A stretch of DNA of 64,000 bases from Oscillospiraceae bacterium (lineage in GTDB: Bacteria > Bacillota > Clostridia > Oscillospirales > Ruminococcaceae), in NCBI GenBank assembly GCA_017829005.1, contig JAGAJF010000148.1, positions 838 through 64,837 on the forward strand, given 5' to 3'. The notes beneath the pieces were generated by a model, which was given only the letters and a program-made list of their open reading frames with translations, had not been told where the DNA came from and made no database searches. Made by a program: the position numbers and the translations under genes. Below, one piece after another: positions 48,650 to 57,149 of this stretch. The first letter of the stretch is position 1. Each line of letters starts with the position of its first letter.

Positions 48650-49723
48650 ATGAAAAGGTCAAAGCATATTCTTGCGGCTGTTACAGCGCTTTTAGTTTTG
48701 TCGGCAATGACAGCCTGTGGTGGAACAAACAACAGTGAAAACACTTCGGAAACTGTTTCGGAGACTGTCTACGAAGCAGTACAGACTGAGCCGACAGAGC
48801 AGTCCGAAGAAACTGTTCAGTCCGAAGTAACCGAGGAGACTTCCGCACAGAAAGAAGTCTCGGAAGAGGACGAAGAAAACTATGATACAGGAGACGCATC
48901 ATTGGATAATGTAAGAAATCAGGACGATATCGGCGAAAACGAGCTTTTGGTGGTAAGCTTCGGCACAAGCTATAACGACAGCCGCCGCCTTACTGTGGGA
49001 GCAATTGAAAACGACCTTGAAGCGGCGTTCCCCGATTATTCCGTAAGACGTGGATTTACCTCAAATATCATTATCGACCACGTTCAGAGGCGTGACGGTA
49101 TTCTTATTGACGATATTGACGCCGCTCTCACCCGTGCGGCTGACAACGGAGTCAAAAATCTTGTTATCCAGCCCACTCACCTTATGAACGGCATCGAGTA
49201 TGACGAGATAGTGGAAAAAGCGGCAAATTATTCCGACGCCTTTGAAAAGGTGGTATTCGGCGAGCCGCTTCTCACAAGCGATGAGGATTTTGAAAGAGTG
49301 GTAAAAGCAATTACCGATGATACCAAGGAATATGACGACGGGGAAACTGCCATCTGCTTTATGGGTCACGGAACGGAGCATTCCGCAAACGGCGTTTACA
49401 CGAAAATTCAGGAGCTTTTTACCGCAGGGGGCTATAATAACTATTATATCGGAACCGTTGAAGCTGCTCCCACTCTTGATGATGTTATGGCTTTAGTCAA
49501 GGCAGGAAATTACAAGAGAGTTGTTTTACAGCCTCTTATGGTAGTTGCGGGCGACCACGCAAACAACGATATGGCAGGCGACGAAGAGGATTCATGGAAA
49601 AGTGTGTTTGAGAGCGAGGGATATGAAGTTGTCTGCGTTCTTAAAGGTCTGGGCGAAAATGAGGAAATAAGAAAAATTTACGCCGACCACGCTCAGGCGG
49701 CAATTGACTCTCTGAACCGATAA
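48650..49723 (+). CDS. cbiK: Lipoprotein-type sirohydrochlorin cobaltochelatase
   Basis: Lipobox MTAC, acidic linker, VSFGTS, QPTHLMNGIEY, FMGHGT, PLMVVAGDHANNDM. Confidence 0.88.
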   Translation: MKRSKHILAAVTALLVLSAMTACGGTNNSENTSETVSETVYEAVQTEPTEQSEETVQSEVTEETSAQKEVSEEDEENYDTGDASLDNVRNQDDIGENELLVVSFGTSYNDSRRLTVGAIENDLEAAFPDYSVRRGFTSNIIIDHVQRRDGILIDDIDAALTRAADNGVKNLVIQPTHLMNGIEYDEIVEKAANYSDAFEKVVFGEPLLTSDEDFERVVKAITDDTKEYDDGETAICFMGHGTEHSANGVYTKIQELFTAGGYNNYYIGTVEAAPTLDDVMALVKAGNYKRVVLQPLMVVAGDHANNDMAGDEEDSWKSVFESEGYEVVCVLKGLGENEEIRKIYADHAQAAIDSLNR

Positions 49724-49786
49724 CCATATTATACACAGCAGACCTCTCTCCGTTTATACGGAGGGAGACTGCTTTTAGATAAAGGA

Positions 49787-50701
49787 ATGAAAAAGATGAA
49801 TAAAAAATCAAATCTGTCTCTCCTGCTTGTGATATCGTTGCTTATGATGACCGCCTGCGGAAATACGGATAGTAACAATTCTAATGAAACCACAATATCC
49901 GAAGCTGTTTCCGAGGTAACGGAAAGCACAAATGACGTTGCCGAGGGAGCAGAAACAGTTCCAAACGGGCTTGTTATCCCCGAGGATATGACGCCTGTTT
50001 ATGCCGACAGCCTAAAGGACGGAGAATATAACATCAAGGTGGACTCAAGCTCCTCAATGTTTACAGTTACCGACTGTGTTCTTACCGTATCCGAGGGAAA
50101 AATGACCGCCCGAATGACAATGGGGGGAACGGGATATCTGTATGTATTTATGGGCAAGGGAGAGAATGCCTCCGAGGACGGGTATATCTCCTTTGAGGAA
50201 AATTCCGACGGAACACATTCCTTCACCGTTCCCGTGGAGGGGCTTGATATGGGCATTGACTGCGCCGCATTCAGCAAAAAGAAGGAAATGTGGTATGACC
50301 GCACTCTCCTTTTCCGTGCGGACTCCCTTCCTGCGGACGCTTTTGCAGATGGTGTTATCAATACTATCGAAAGTCTGGGACTTGCGGACGGTGAATATAC
50401 CGTAGATGTGTCCCTTGAAGGCGGCTCGGGCAGGGCAAAGATAAATTCTCCCGCAAGGCTCACCATAGAAAACGGAGAAGCATTTGCCGAAATTGTCTGG
50501 GGCAGCTCAAATTATGACTGTATGACCGTTGGCGGCGAGAAATATTATCCTCAGAACACCGAGGGCAATTCGGAATTTGTAATTCCTGTAACGGGCTTTG
50601 ACTACAAAATGCCCGTCTTTGCAAACACCACCGCAATGAGCACTCCCCACGAGATCGAATATACCTTGTATTTCGACTCGGCAACAATTACGGCAGAATG
50701 A
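49787..50701 (+). CDS. Lipoprotein with two beta-sandwich tetrapyrrole/metal-binding-type domains
   Basis: Lipobox MTAC; SSSSMF and LEGGSGRA modules; TTAMSTPHEIEYTL. Confidence 0.7.
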   Translation: MKKMNKKSNLSLLLVISLLMMTACGNTDSNNSNETTISEAVSEVTESTNDVAEGAETVPNGLVIPEDMTPVYADSLKDGEYNIKVDSSSSMFTVTDCVLTVSEGKMTARMTMGGTGYLYVFMGKGENASEDGYISFEENSDGTHSFTVPVEGLDMGIDCAAFSKKKEMWYDRTLLFRADSLPADAFADGVINTIESLGLADGEYTVDVSLEGGSGRAKINSPARLTIENGEAFAEIVWGSSNYDCMTVGGEKYYPQNTEGNSEFVIPVTGFDYKMPVFANTTAMSTPHEIEYTLYFDSATITAE

Positions 50702-51831
50702 GAAATCTTATAAAGCTTGCAGGAATACTTCTCTGCACCATAGTGTTCTGTGCCTGTTCAAAGAAAGCCGATACAGACGGATTTTCCCTTGAAAATGCAA
50801 AGCCTGTGGGACAGATGGAGCTTATGTATGCCAATCAGTTTTCGGTCGCTCATTACGAAAAGGGAATTTCCCTTGTGACCATATCTGACGGGGAAAAATA
50901 TCTCCTTGTTCCCGAAAATGAAAATGTGGAGGGGCTGACGGGAGATATCACCCTTATCCGCACTCCTGCTGATAATATCTACCTTGCCGCCTCCTCCGCA
51001 ATGGATATGTTTTCAGGCATTGGTGCAATGGGTAATATCCGAGCCACAGCCACCCTTGAAAGAGACTGGGCGCTGCCAGAAGTAAAAGAAGCAATGGCGA
51101 ATGAGGATATCCTCTATGCCGGAAAATACTCCGCACCCGATTACGAGCTTATCCTGTCCGAGGGGTGCGGTCTTGCCATTGAGTCAACAATGATATACCA
51201 CAAGCCCGAGGTAAAGGAGCAGCTTGAGCGGCTTGGAATACCTGTGCTTATCGAGCGCTCAAGCTACGAAACTCACCCCCTGGGACGGCTTGAATGGGTA
51301 AAGCTGTACGGACTTCTGACGGGCAGAGAGGAAGAAGCCGAGAGGCTTTTTTCGGAGCAGGTAAGGCTTCTTGACAGCATTACCCAAAGCGGCAGTACGG
51401 GAAAGACCGCCGCATTTTTCTACATTTCATCAAACGGCTATGCTGTTGTGCGAAAGCCCGGGGACTATGTTTCCCGAATGATAGAGCTGGGGGGCGGCGA
51501 GTATATTTTTTCTCCCGAGGAGTTAAATGTTGATGAAAATGCTCAGTCCACAATAAATATGCAGTTTGAGGTCTTTTATTCCGAAGCAGCGATGGCAGAT
51601 GTGCTTATTTACAACAGCACCATTGACGGGGGAATGGAAACCCTTTTGCAGCTTACAGAAAAAAACAGTCTCCTTTCCGAATTTAAGGCGGTGAAAACGG
51701 GAGATGTGTGGTGTACGGATAAAAATATGTTCCAGCAGACAACGGGAGCGGCGGAGGTCATTCGTGAGATGAACCTTATTTTTACGGGAGAAGCCGAGGA
51801 CAATATGGAATATTTTTACAGGTTAAAATAA
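50698..51831 (+). CDS. ABC transporter substrate-binding lipoprotein (BtuF/FhuD class)
   Basis: Lipobox FCAC; GKYSAPDYE, ETHPLGRLEWVK. Confidence 0.88.
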   Translation: MRNLIKLAGILLCTIVFCACSKKADTDGFSLENAKPVGQMELMYANQFSVAHYEKGISLVTISDGEKYLLVPENENVEGLTGDITLIRTPADNIYLAASSAMDMFSGIGAMGNIRATATLERDWALPEVKEAMANEDILYAGKYSAPDYELILSEGCGLAIESTMIYHKPEVKEQLERLGIPVLIERSSYETHPLGRLEWVKLYGLLTGREEEAERLFSEQVRLLDSITQSGSTGKTAAFFYISSNGYAVVRKPGDYVSRMIELGGGEYIFSPEELNVDENAQSTINMQFEVFYSEAAMADVLIYNSTIDGGMETLLQLTEKNSLLSEFKAVKTGDVWCTDKNMFQQTTGAAEVIREMNLIFTGEAEDNMEYFYRLK

Positions 51832-51853
51832 TCGGCAGAAGGGAGAGTATGAA

Positions 51854-52867
51854 ATGAAAAAGGAGACAAAGCGGTATATCTTGGGCTACACTATCCTTGT
51901 GCTGCTCCTGCTTTTCCTTATGGCGGCAAGCCTTTTTTCGGGCAGCGTCAGCTTTTCCCCCGAAGAGGTCATAAAAGTCCTTACGGGAGCGGAAAGGGGA
52001 ACCACAGCCGCAAATATCATACTCTCCATACGCCTGCCGAGAATGCTTGCGGCAATGGTGCTTGGGGGCGGACTTGCGGTTTCGGGATATCTTTTACAGA
52101 CCTATTTTGCAAATCCCATTGCGGGACCTTTTGTCTTGGGAATATCCTCGGGGGCAAAGCTGACGGTTGCAATGGCGATGATATTTTTTCTGCAAAGGGG
52201 AATTCCCCTTACCTCGGGAGCGCTTATCATATCCTCATTTGCAGGCTCAATGCTGTCCATGGGCTTTATCCTTGCGGTGTCACCAAAGGTCAAGCGAAGC
52301 TCTATGCTTGTGGTGTGCGGCGTTATGATAGGCTACATCTGCTCGGGAATAACCGATATTGCGGTCACATTTGCGGACGACTCCAATATCGTCAATCTCC
52401 ACAGCTGGTCAATGGGCAGCTTTTCGGGAATAGATTCGGAAGATGTGAAAGCCTTTTCACCCGTAATATTTATCTGTCTCGGGGCGGCATTTCTGATGTC
52501 AAAGCAGATAAACGCATACCGCCTGGGAGAGGTATACGCACAAAGCTCGGGGGTGAATATCAAGGCGTTCAGAGTGGGGCTGATACTTGTCTCAAGCCTG
52601 CTTTCCGCCGCCGTGACCGCATTTGCGGGGCCTGTTTCCTTTGTAGGGATAGCCGTTCCTCATCTTATCAAAAAGCTTTTTAAAACTGCCGACCCGAAGC
52701 TTATTATCCCTGCCGCATTTCTGGGGGGAGGGGTATTTTGCCTTATGTGCGACCTGCCTGCAAGGATACTTTTTGCCCCCTCGGAGCTTAGCATAAGCTC
52801 GGTAACGGCTCTTGCGGGTGCGCCTGTGGTCATAAGTATAATGGCTGGGCGGCACCGAGAGCAATGA
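51854..52867 (+). CDS. FecCD/BtuC-family ABC permease
   Basis: IRLPR, ANPIAGPFVLGISSGA, GPVSFVGIAVPH. Confidence 0.92.
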   Translation: MKKETKRYILGYTILVLLLLFLMAASLFSGSVSFSPEEVIKVLTGAERGTTAANIILSIRLPRMLAAMVLGGGLAVSGYLLQTYFANPIAGPFVLGISSGAKLTVAMAMIFFLQRGIPLTSGALIISSFAGSMLSMGFILAVSPKVKRSSMLVVCGVMIGYICSGITDIAVTFADDSNIVNLHSWSMGSFSGIDSEDVKAFSPVIFICLGAAFLMSKQINAYRLGEVYAQSSGVNIKAFRVGLILVSSLLSAAVTAFAGPVSFVGIAVPHLIKKLFKTADPKLIIPAAFLGGGVFCLMCDLPARILFAPSELSISSVTALAGAPVVISIMAGRHREQ

Positions 52868-52870
52868 CTC

Positions 52871-52913
52871 CTTTATTATTTATTCTTTTTTATTTATTCT
52901 TTATTCTTTAAAG
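52871..52913 (+). repeat. Left arm of the AAAGAAT inverted repeat flanking the inserted gene
   Basis: ctttattatttattcttt(52871-88) and ttctttattcttt(52897-909) are exact reverse complements of 53609-26 and 53595-607. Confidence 0.85.
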
Positions 52914-52998
52914 CTATGTTCCGGGCGGCGGTTGAATTTTGCGGATAAATATGATATAATACCCAAAAAGAGAAACGCTGAATAAATCAAATTGCAAG

Positions 52999-53011
52999 CA
53001 GGCTCAGCCTG
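52999..53011. repeat. Core palindrome CAGGCTCAGCCTG of the dispersed element
   Basis: Exact 13-mer in the leader of the inserted gene. Confidence 0.75.
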
Positions 53012-53034
53012 TTTTAAAACTGCGAGGAAAAACT

Positions 53035-53631
53035 ATGCCTGAAAAATCATTTAAAATATATCAGATATCTGCCGGCTGGATAATGGGATATATCAGCGAC
53101 GGGGAAAACACCATTTCCTTTTGCGCAAGCTATCTTTCAAATTTTCTTGATGATCTTATGTCGGGACTGATATACATTCTCGGCAGATCGCCCCGGGACG
53201 AGCCGAAAAACTCATTCAGAGTGTTTGAGGAGCCTGCATATTCAATATGGAATATGGGAACTTCAAGCGAGCAGCTCATATTTCACGCTGTGACCTATGA
53301 ATCTCAGAAATCCGATAAAGAAATTGATAATAAAACCGTACAGATCAAAAAAGAAACATTCATAAATGATCTAATTGATGAAATGCAGGATATCCTGCAG
53401 CGTTTTGGTTTGTATGGCTTTCGTTTTGAATGGGGATATGAATTTCCCCTTAGCTTATTCCTGCAATTAAAAGACATAAGAGATAAAACACAGCTGCTTA
53501 CATTATCGGAAAAAGACGGCTCCCATAATTTGGGCTTAGAATATTGTTCTTCAAGCTTTGAATGTGAGTGTGAGTTTTTGACGGACTTATCCCAAAAGAA
53601 TAAAGAAGAAAGAATAAATAATAAAGAATAA
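53035..53631 (+). CDS. AT-rich hypothetical protein inserted between the ABC permease and ATPase
   Basis: GAGG SD; TATAAT at about 52955; C-terminus KNKEERINNKE is encoded by the repeat arm. Confidence 0.7.
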   Translation: MPEKSFKIYQISAGWIMGYISDGENTISFCASYLSNFLDDLMSGLIYILGRSPRDEPKNSFRVFEEPAYSIWNMGTSSEQLIFHAVTYESQKSDKEIDNKTVQIKKETFINDLIDEMQDILQRFGLYGFRFEWGYEFPLSLFLQLKDIRDKTQLLTLSEKDGSHNLGLEYCSSSFECECEFLTDLSQKNKEERINNKE

Positions 53632-53635
53632 AGAA
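53595..53635 (+). repeat. Right arm of the AAAGAAT inverted repeat
   Basis: aaagaataaagaagaaagaataaataataaagaataaagaa. Confidence 0.85.
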
Positions 53636-53674
53636 CCCGGTTTTTTGAAATTGCAAAAAGGAGGAGGGTGCAGA

Positions 53675-54772
53675 ATGCAGGAAACAGTCCTTACCGCCAA
53701 CGACCTTGCGGTGGGCTACGGCTCGGAAATACTCATTGACAATATCCGCATATCCCTCCTCCCGGGGGAAATAGTCACCCTCATAGGACCCAACGGCGCA
53801 GGAAAATCCACTATACTCAAAACCATTTCCCGACAAATAAAACCCCTTGGCGGAGCCGTTTATATTGGTAAAGAGGAGCTTGCCGCTTTCAAGGGTGAGG
53901 AGCTTGCAAAAAAAATGTCCCTGCTAATGACGGTGCGGACAGACCCCGAGCTTATGACCTGCCGTGAGGCGGTGGGTGCGGGCAGATATCCTTATACGGG
54001 CAGGCTTGGCATACTTTCTCCCGAGGATAAGCGTGCGGTGGCTGAGGCAATGGAGCTTACAGATGTGTCATTGCTTGCGGACAGGGACATTTCCCGAATA
54101 AGCGACGGACAGCGGCAAAGGGTAATGCTTGCGAGAGCTATATGTCAGGAGCCAAAAATACTTGTCCTTGACGAGCCCACCTCATTTCTTGATATCCGCC
54201 ATAAGCTCAAGCTCCTTGACATTCTCCGCCGACTTGTACGTGAAAAGGGGCTTGCGGTGATAATGTCAATGCACGAGCTTGATATGGCGGAACGTATCTC
54301 CGACCACGTTATATGCGTGGGGAACAATGGCATTGAGGGGCAGGGAACACCCGAGGAAATATTCACAAAGGAGCGGATAACTGCTCTCTACGGCATTGAA
54401 AAAGGCAGCTTCGAGGAACGCTTCTGCACAGCGGAGCTTGCTCCTCCCACGGGCGAACCGAGAGTGTTTGTAATTGGCGGAAACGGCAGGGGAACGGGAG
54501 TGTTCCGCAGGCTCCAGAGGCTTGATATCCCCTTTGCGGCGGGAGTTATCCACGAAAACGACATTGATTTTCCTGCGGCAAAGGCACTTGCGTCAAGGGT
54601 CATATCCGAAAAGCCCTTCGAGCCTGTTTCGTATGAAAATGAGCAGGCGGCAAGGGCGCTTATTGACAGCTGTGAACAGGTCATCTGCAGTATTGACAGC
54701 TTCGGCTCTATGAATGCCGCTAACGGCAGGCTGAGAGACTATGCCGAAAAACAGGGGAAACTTAGAAAATAA
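53675..54772 (+). CDS. ABC transporter ATP-binding protein with C-terminal extension
   Basis: GPNGAGKST, ISDGQRQR, LDEPT; AAAGGAGGAGG SD. Confidence 0.92.
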   Translation: MQETVLTANDLAVGYGSEILIDNIRISLLPGEIVTLIGPNGAGKSTILKTISRQIKPLGGAVYIGKEELAAFKGEELAKKMSLLMTVRTDPELMTCREAVGAGRYPYTGRLGILSPEDKRAVAEAMELTDVSLLADRDISRISDGQRQRVMLARAICQEPKILVLDEPTSFLDIRHKLKLLDILRRLVREKGLAVIMSMHELDMAERISDHVICVGNNGIEGQGTPEEIFTKERITALYGIEKGSFEERFCTAELAPPTGEPRVFVIGGNGRGTGVFRRLQRLDIPFAAGVIHENDIDFPAAKALASRVISEKPFEPVSYENEQAARALIDSCEQVICSIDSFGSMNAANGRLRDYAEKQGKLRK

Positions 54773-54855
54773 GATGAGCGGTTATCACCATATAATGAGA
54801 ATAGCCGCAAAAAATTTATCTTGACAACCAAATTAAAATATGCTATACTGAAAAT

Positions 54856-54962
54856 AAAGAAGCAGCCGTGCAGACGGCGTGCCTCCATTGATGGTTTATG
54901 TCGCTAACTTGATGTTAGACAACTAACCGCTCAACTGACACTTGGGCGGTTAGTCTTTTTTG
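54856..54962 (+). ncRNA. Antitoxin RNA of a type I TA locus
   Basis: TTGACA(54821)-17-TATACT(54844); terminator actaaccgc/gcggttagt plus T tract; antisense to the toxin 3' end. Confidence 0.75.
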
Positions 54963-55048
54963 TCGCTTCTGTACTTCAGAATTTCTATGATAAGGCGAAT
55001 TACGTCAACCACAAGAGCTGACAACGCACATACTTCGATAATCGTCAT
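54950..55048 (-). CDS. Type I toxin, 32-aa hydrophobic peptide
   Basis: GGAGGT SD; MTIIEVCALSALVVDVIRLIIEILKYRSDKKD; promoter TTGACA(55188-83)-17-TATAAT(55165-60). Confidence 0.8.
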   Translation of the reverse strand: MTIIEVCALSALVVDVIRLIIEILKYRSDKKD

Positions 55049-55298
55049 ACAATCTGCACCTCCCTCCCATTGAAATTTGCGAGGGGAAAGAGGAGACACA
55101 CCGCCTGCCGTCAGAGTATTTAAACTCTATTGGCTGCTTCGGTACTATGTACCGATTTAATTATACATTTTCGGACAAGATTTGTCAAGCGTTTATTTTT
55201 TCGCCTGATGGTCTTTTTTATGATTTCCCTCGGTTGACATACAAGCCATAATGTGCTATAATCTGAACTGATAGAAAAAGTGAAAGGATCTGCGGAAA

Positions 55299-55775
55299 AT
55301 GATAACCTACAGAAAAGCAAAGCCTGCGGATATCCCAACGCTCATAGAGCTTCGTCTCGGGTATATGCACGAGACCCACGAAGACCTTGAGCAGTCAGTG
55401 TTTGACGAGATAGCCGATAAATCAAAGGGATATTTTCAGGAGCATCTTAACAGAGACTGCGTTGTATATCTTGCGGAGGAGGACGGCAAAGCGGCAGGCT
55501 GCGTTTTCTTCCTGCTTATAAATAAGCCCGCCAGCCCCCTGTTCATTACGGGAAAAACGGGAACGCTGATGAATGTCTATACCCTTCCCGAGTTTCGCAG
55601 AAGAGGAGTGGGCGAAACTCTTGTGAATATGGCGATAGAGGACGGCAAGGCTTGGGATCTGTCATACATAGAGCTTCGTGCCACAAAGTGCGGATATCCT
55701 CTGTACAAAAAGCTTAAATTCATCGAGGACAAGTCCATTTATATGTCAATGAAGCTGAGCTTCACCGAAGAATGA
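55299..55775 (+). CDS. GNAT-family N-acetyltransferase
   Basis: MNVYTLPEFRRRGVG, LYKKLKF. Confidence 0.9.
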   Translation: MITYRKAKPADIPTLIELRLGYMHETHEDLEQSVFDEIADKSKGYFQEHLNRDCVVYLAEEDGKAAGCVFFLLINKPASPLFITGKTGTLMNVYTLPEFRRRGVGETLVNMAIEDGKAWDLSYIELRATKCGYPLYKKLKFIEDKSIYMSMKLSFTEE

Positions 55776-57061
55776 AAGGAATGAATAAAGTGAAAAGATC
55801 ATCAACAGCTTTCGGTGCTGCCGATATACTTCTCCCCGCCGCTCAGGATATGAGCAAATGGGCAGTGGTTGCCTGTGACCAGTTCACCTCACAGCCCGAA
55901 TACTGGGAGGACGCCGCAAATATCGCAGGAGACTGCTCCGCATTAAAGCTTATTCTCCCCGAAGCATATCTTGAAAGCCCCGATGCTGAAAAGCGTATCG
56001 AGGATATACGCCGCACAATGAACGATTATCTTGACAAAGGCATTTTCAAGGAATACAAGGATTCACTTATATACGTGGAGCGCACCGACAGCACGGGCAA
56101 GCTCCGTCAAGGACTTGTGGGTGTGATAGATCTTGAGCAGTATGATTTCCGCAAAGGCAGCACATCACCCGTCAGAGCCACCGAAGCTACAGTTGCCGAG
56201 CGCATACCCCCCAGACTCAAGGTGAGAAGAGGCGCACCACTGGAACTTCCCCACATAATGATACTCATTGACGACCCCGAAAAGACGGTTATCGAGAAGA
56301 TAAGCGAAAAGAAAAGCTCCCTTGAAAAGGTATATGATTTTACTTTAATGAAAAACGGCGGCAGTATCAGGGGCTACCTTGTACAGGGCGAGGATATCGA
56401 CGCCTGCGACAAGGCTCTTGCGGAGCTTGGCAGCAAAGAAAGCTTTGAAAAACGCTATGGCATAAAGGACGTTCCCGTTCTGCTGTATGCAATGGGCGAC
56501 GGAAACCATTCCCTCGCCACCGCAAAGGAGTATTACGAGGAATTAAAGCGTGAAAATCCCGATAAGGATATGTCCTCCCACCCTGCCCGATATGCTATTG
56601 CAGAGGTAGTAAATCTCCATAGCGATGCACTTGAGTTTGAGGCTATCCACAGGATAATCACCGATATCGACACCGCAGATCTCCTTGAGAAAATGACCTC
56701 CGCACTTGGACTTACCGAAATTATTTCCGATAATATGCAGTCCTTTGAATGGGTAACAGGCGGCGATACAAAGAGGTATGGAATATCAAAGCCCACCTCA
56801 AATCTCACCGTAGGAAGCGTTCAGAGCTTCCTTGACGGATATCTTAAAGAAAACGGCGGCAAGATAGACTACATTCACGGCGCAGATGTGGTAAAACGTC
56901 TTGCGGCTGCTCCCCGAAGCGCAGGCATACTTCTTCCCGATATGGGCAAGGAGGAGCTTTTCCCAACGGTAATAAAGGACGGCGCACTCCCGAGAAAGAC
57001 CTTTTCTATGGGTCACGCCGAGGACAAGAGATATTATGTTGAAGCAAGGCGCATAAAATAA
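55772..57061 (+). CDS. DUF1015-family protein
   Basis: WAVVACDQFTS, VRATEAT, GDGNHSLATAK, LPRKTFSMG. Confidence 0.85.
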   Translation: MKGMNKVKRSSTAFGAADILLPAAQDMSKWAVVACDQFTSQPEYWEDAANIAGDCSALKLILPEAYLESPDAEKRIEDIRRTMNDYLDKGIFKEYKDSLIYVERTDSTGKLRQGLVGVIDLEQYDFRKGSTSPVRATEATVAERIPPRLKVRRGAPLELPHIMILIDDPEKTVIEKISEKKSSLEKVYDFTLMKNGGSIRGYLVQGEDIDACDKALAELGSKESFEKRYGIKDVPVLLYAMGDGNHSLATAKEYYEELKRENPDKDMSSHPARYAIAEVVNLHSDALEFEAIHRIITDIDTADLLEKMTSALGLTEIISDNMQSFEWVTGGDTKRYGISKPTSNLTVGSVQSFLDGYLKENGGKIDYIHGADVVKRLAAAPRSAGILLPDMGKEELFPTVIKDGALPRKTFSMGHAEDKRYYVEARRIK

Positions 57062-57099
57062 TGACTGCCCGTTCTGCGGATTTTGCAGAACGGGCAGTC

Positions 57100-57149
57100 A
57101 TTATTTTAAACAAACCAAATTGGAATTTGGCAGCTGCAGGCTCAGCCTG
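57100..57149 (+). repeat. Degenerate copy of the palindromic element; supplies the histidine kinase stop codon
   Basis: ttattttaaacaaacc..ggcagctgcaggctcagcctg; TGA on the minus strand at 57144-57142; hairpin at 57065-57097 adjacent. Confidence 0.7.
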
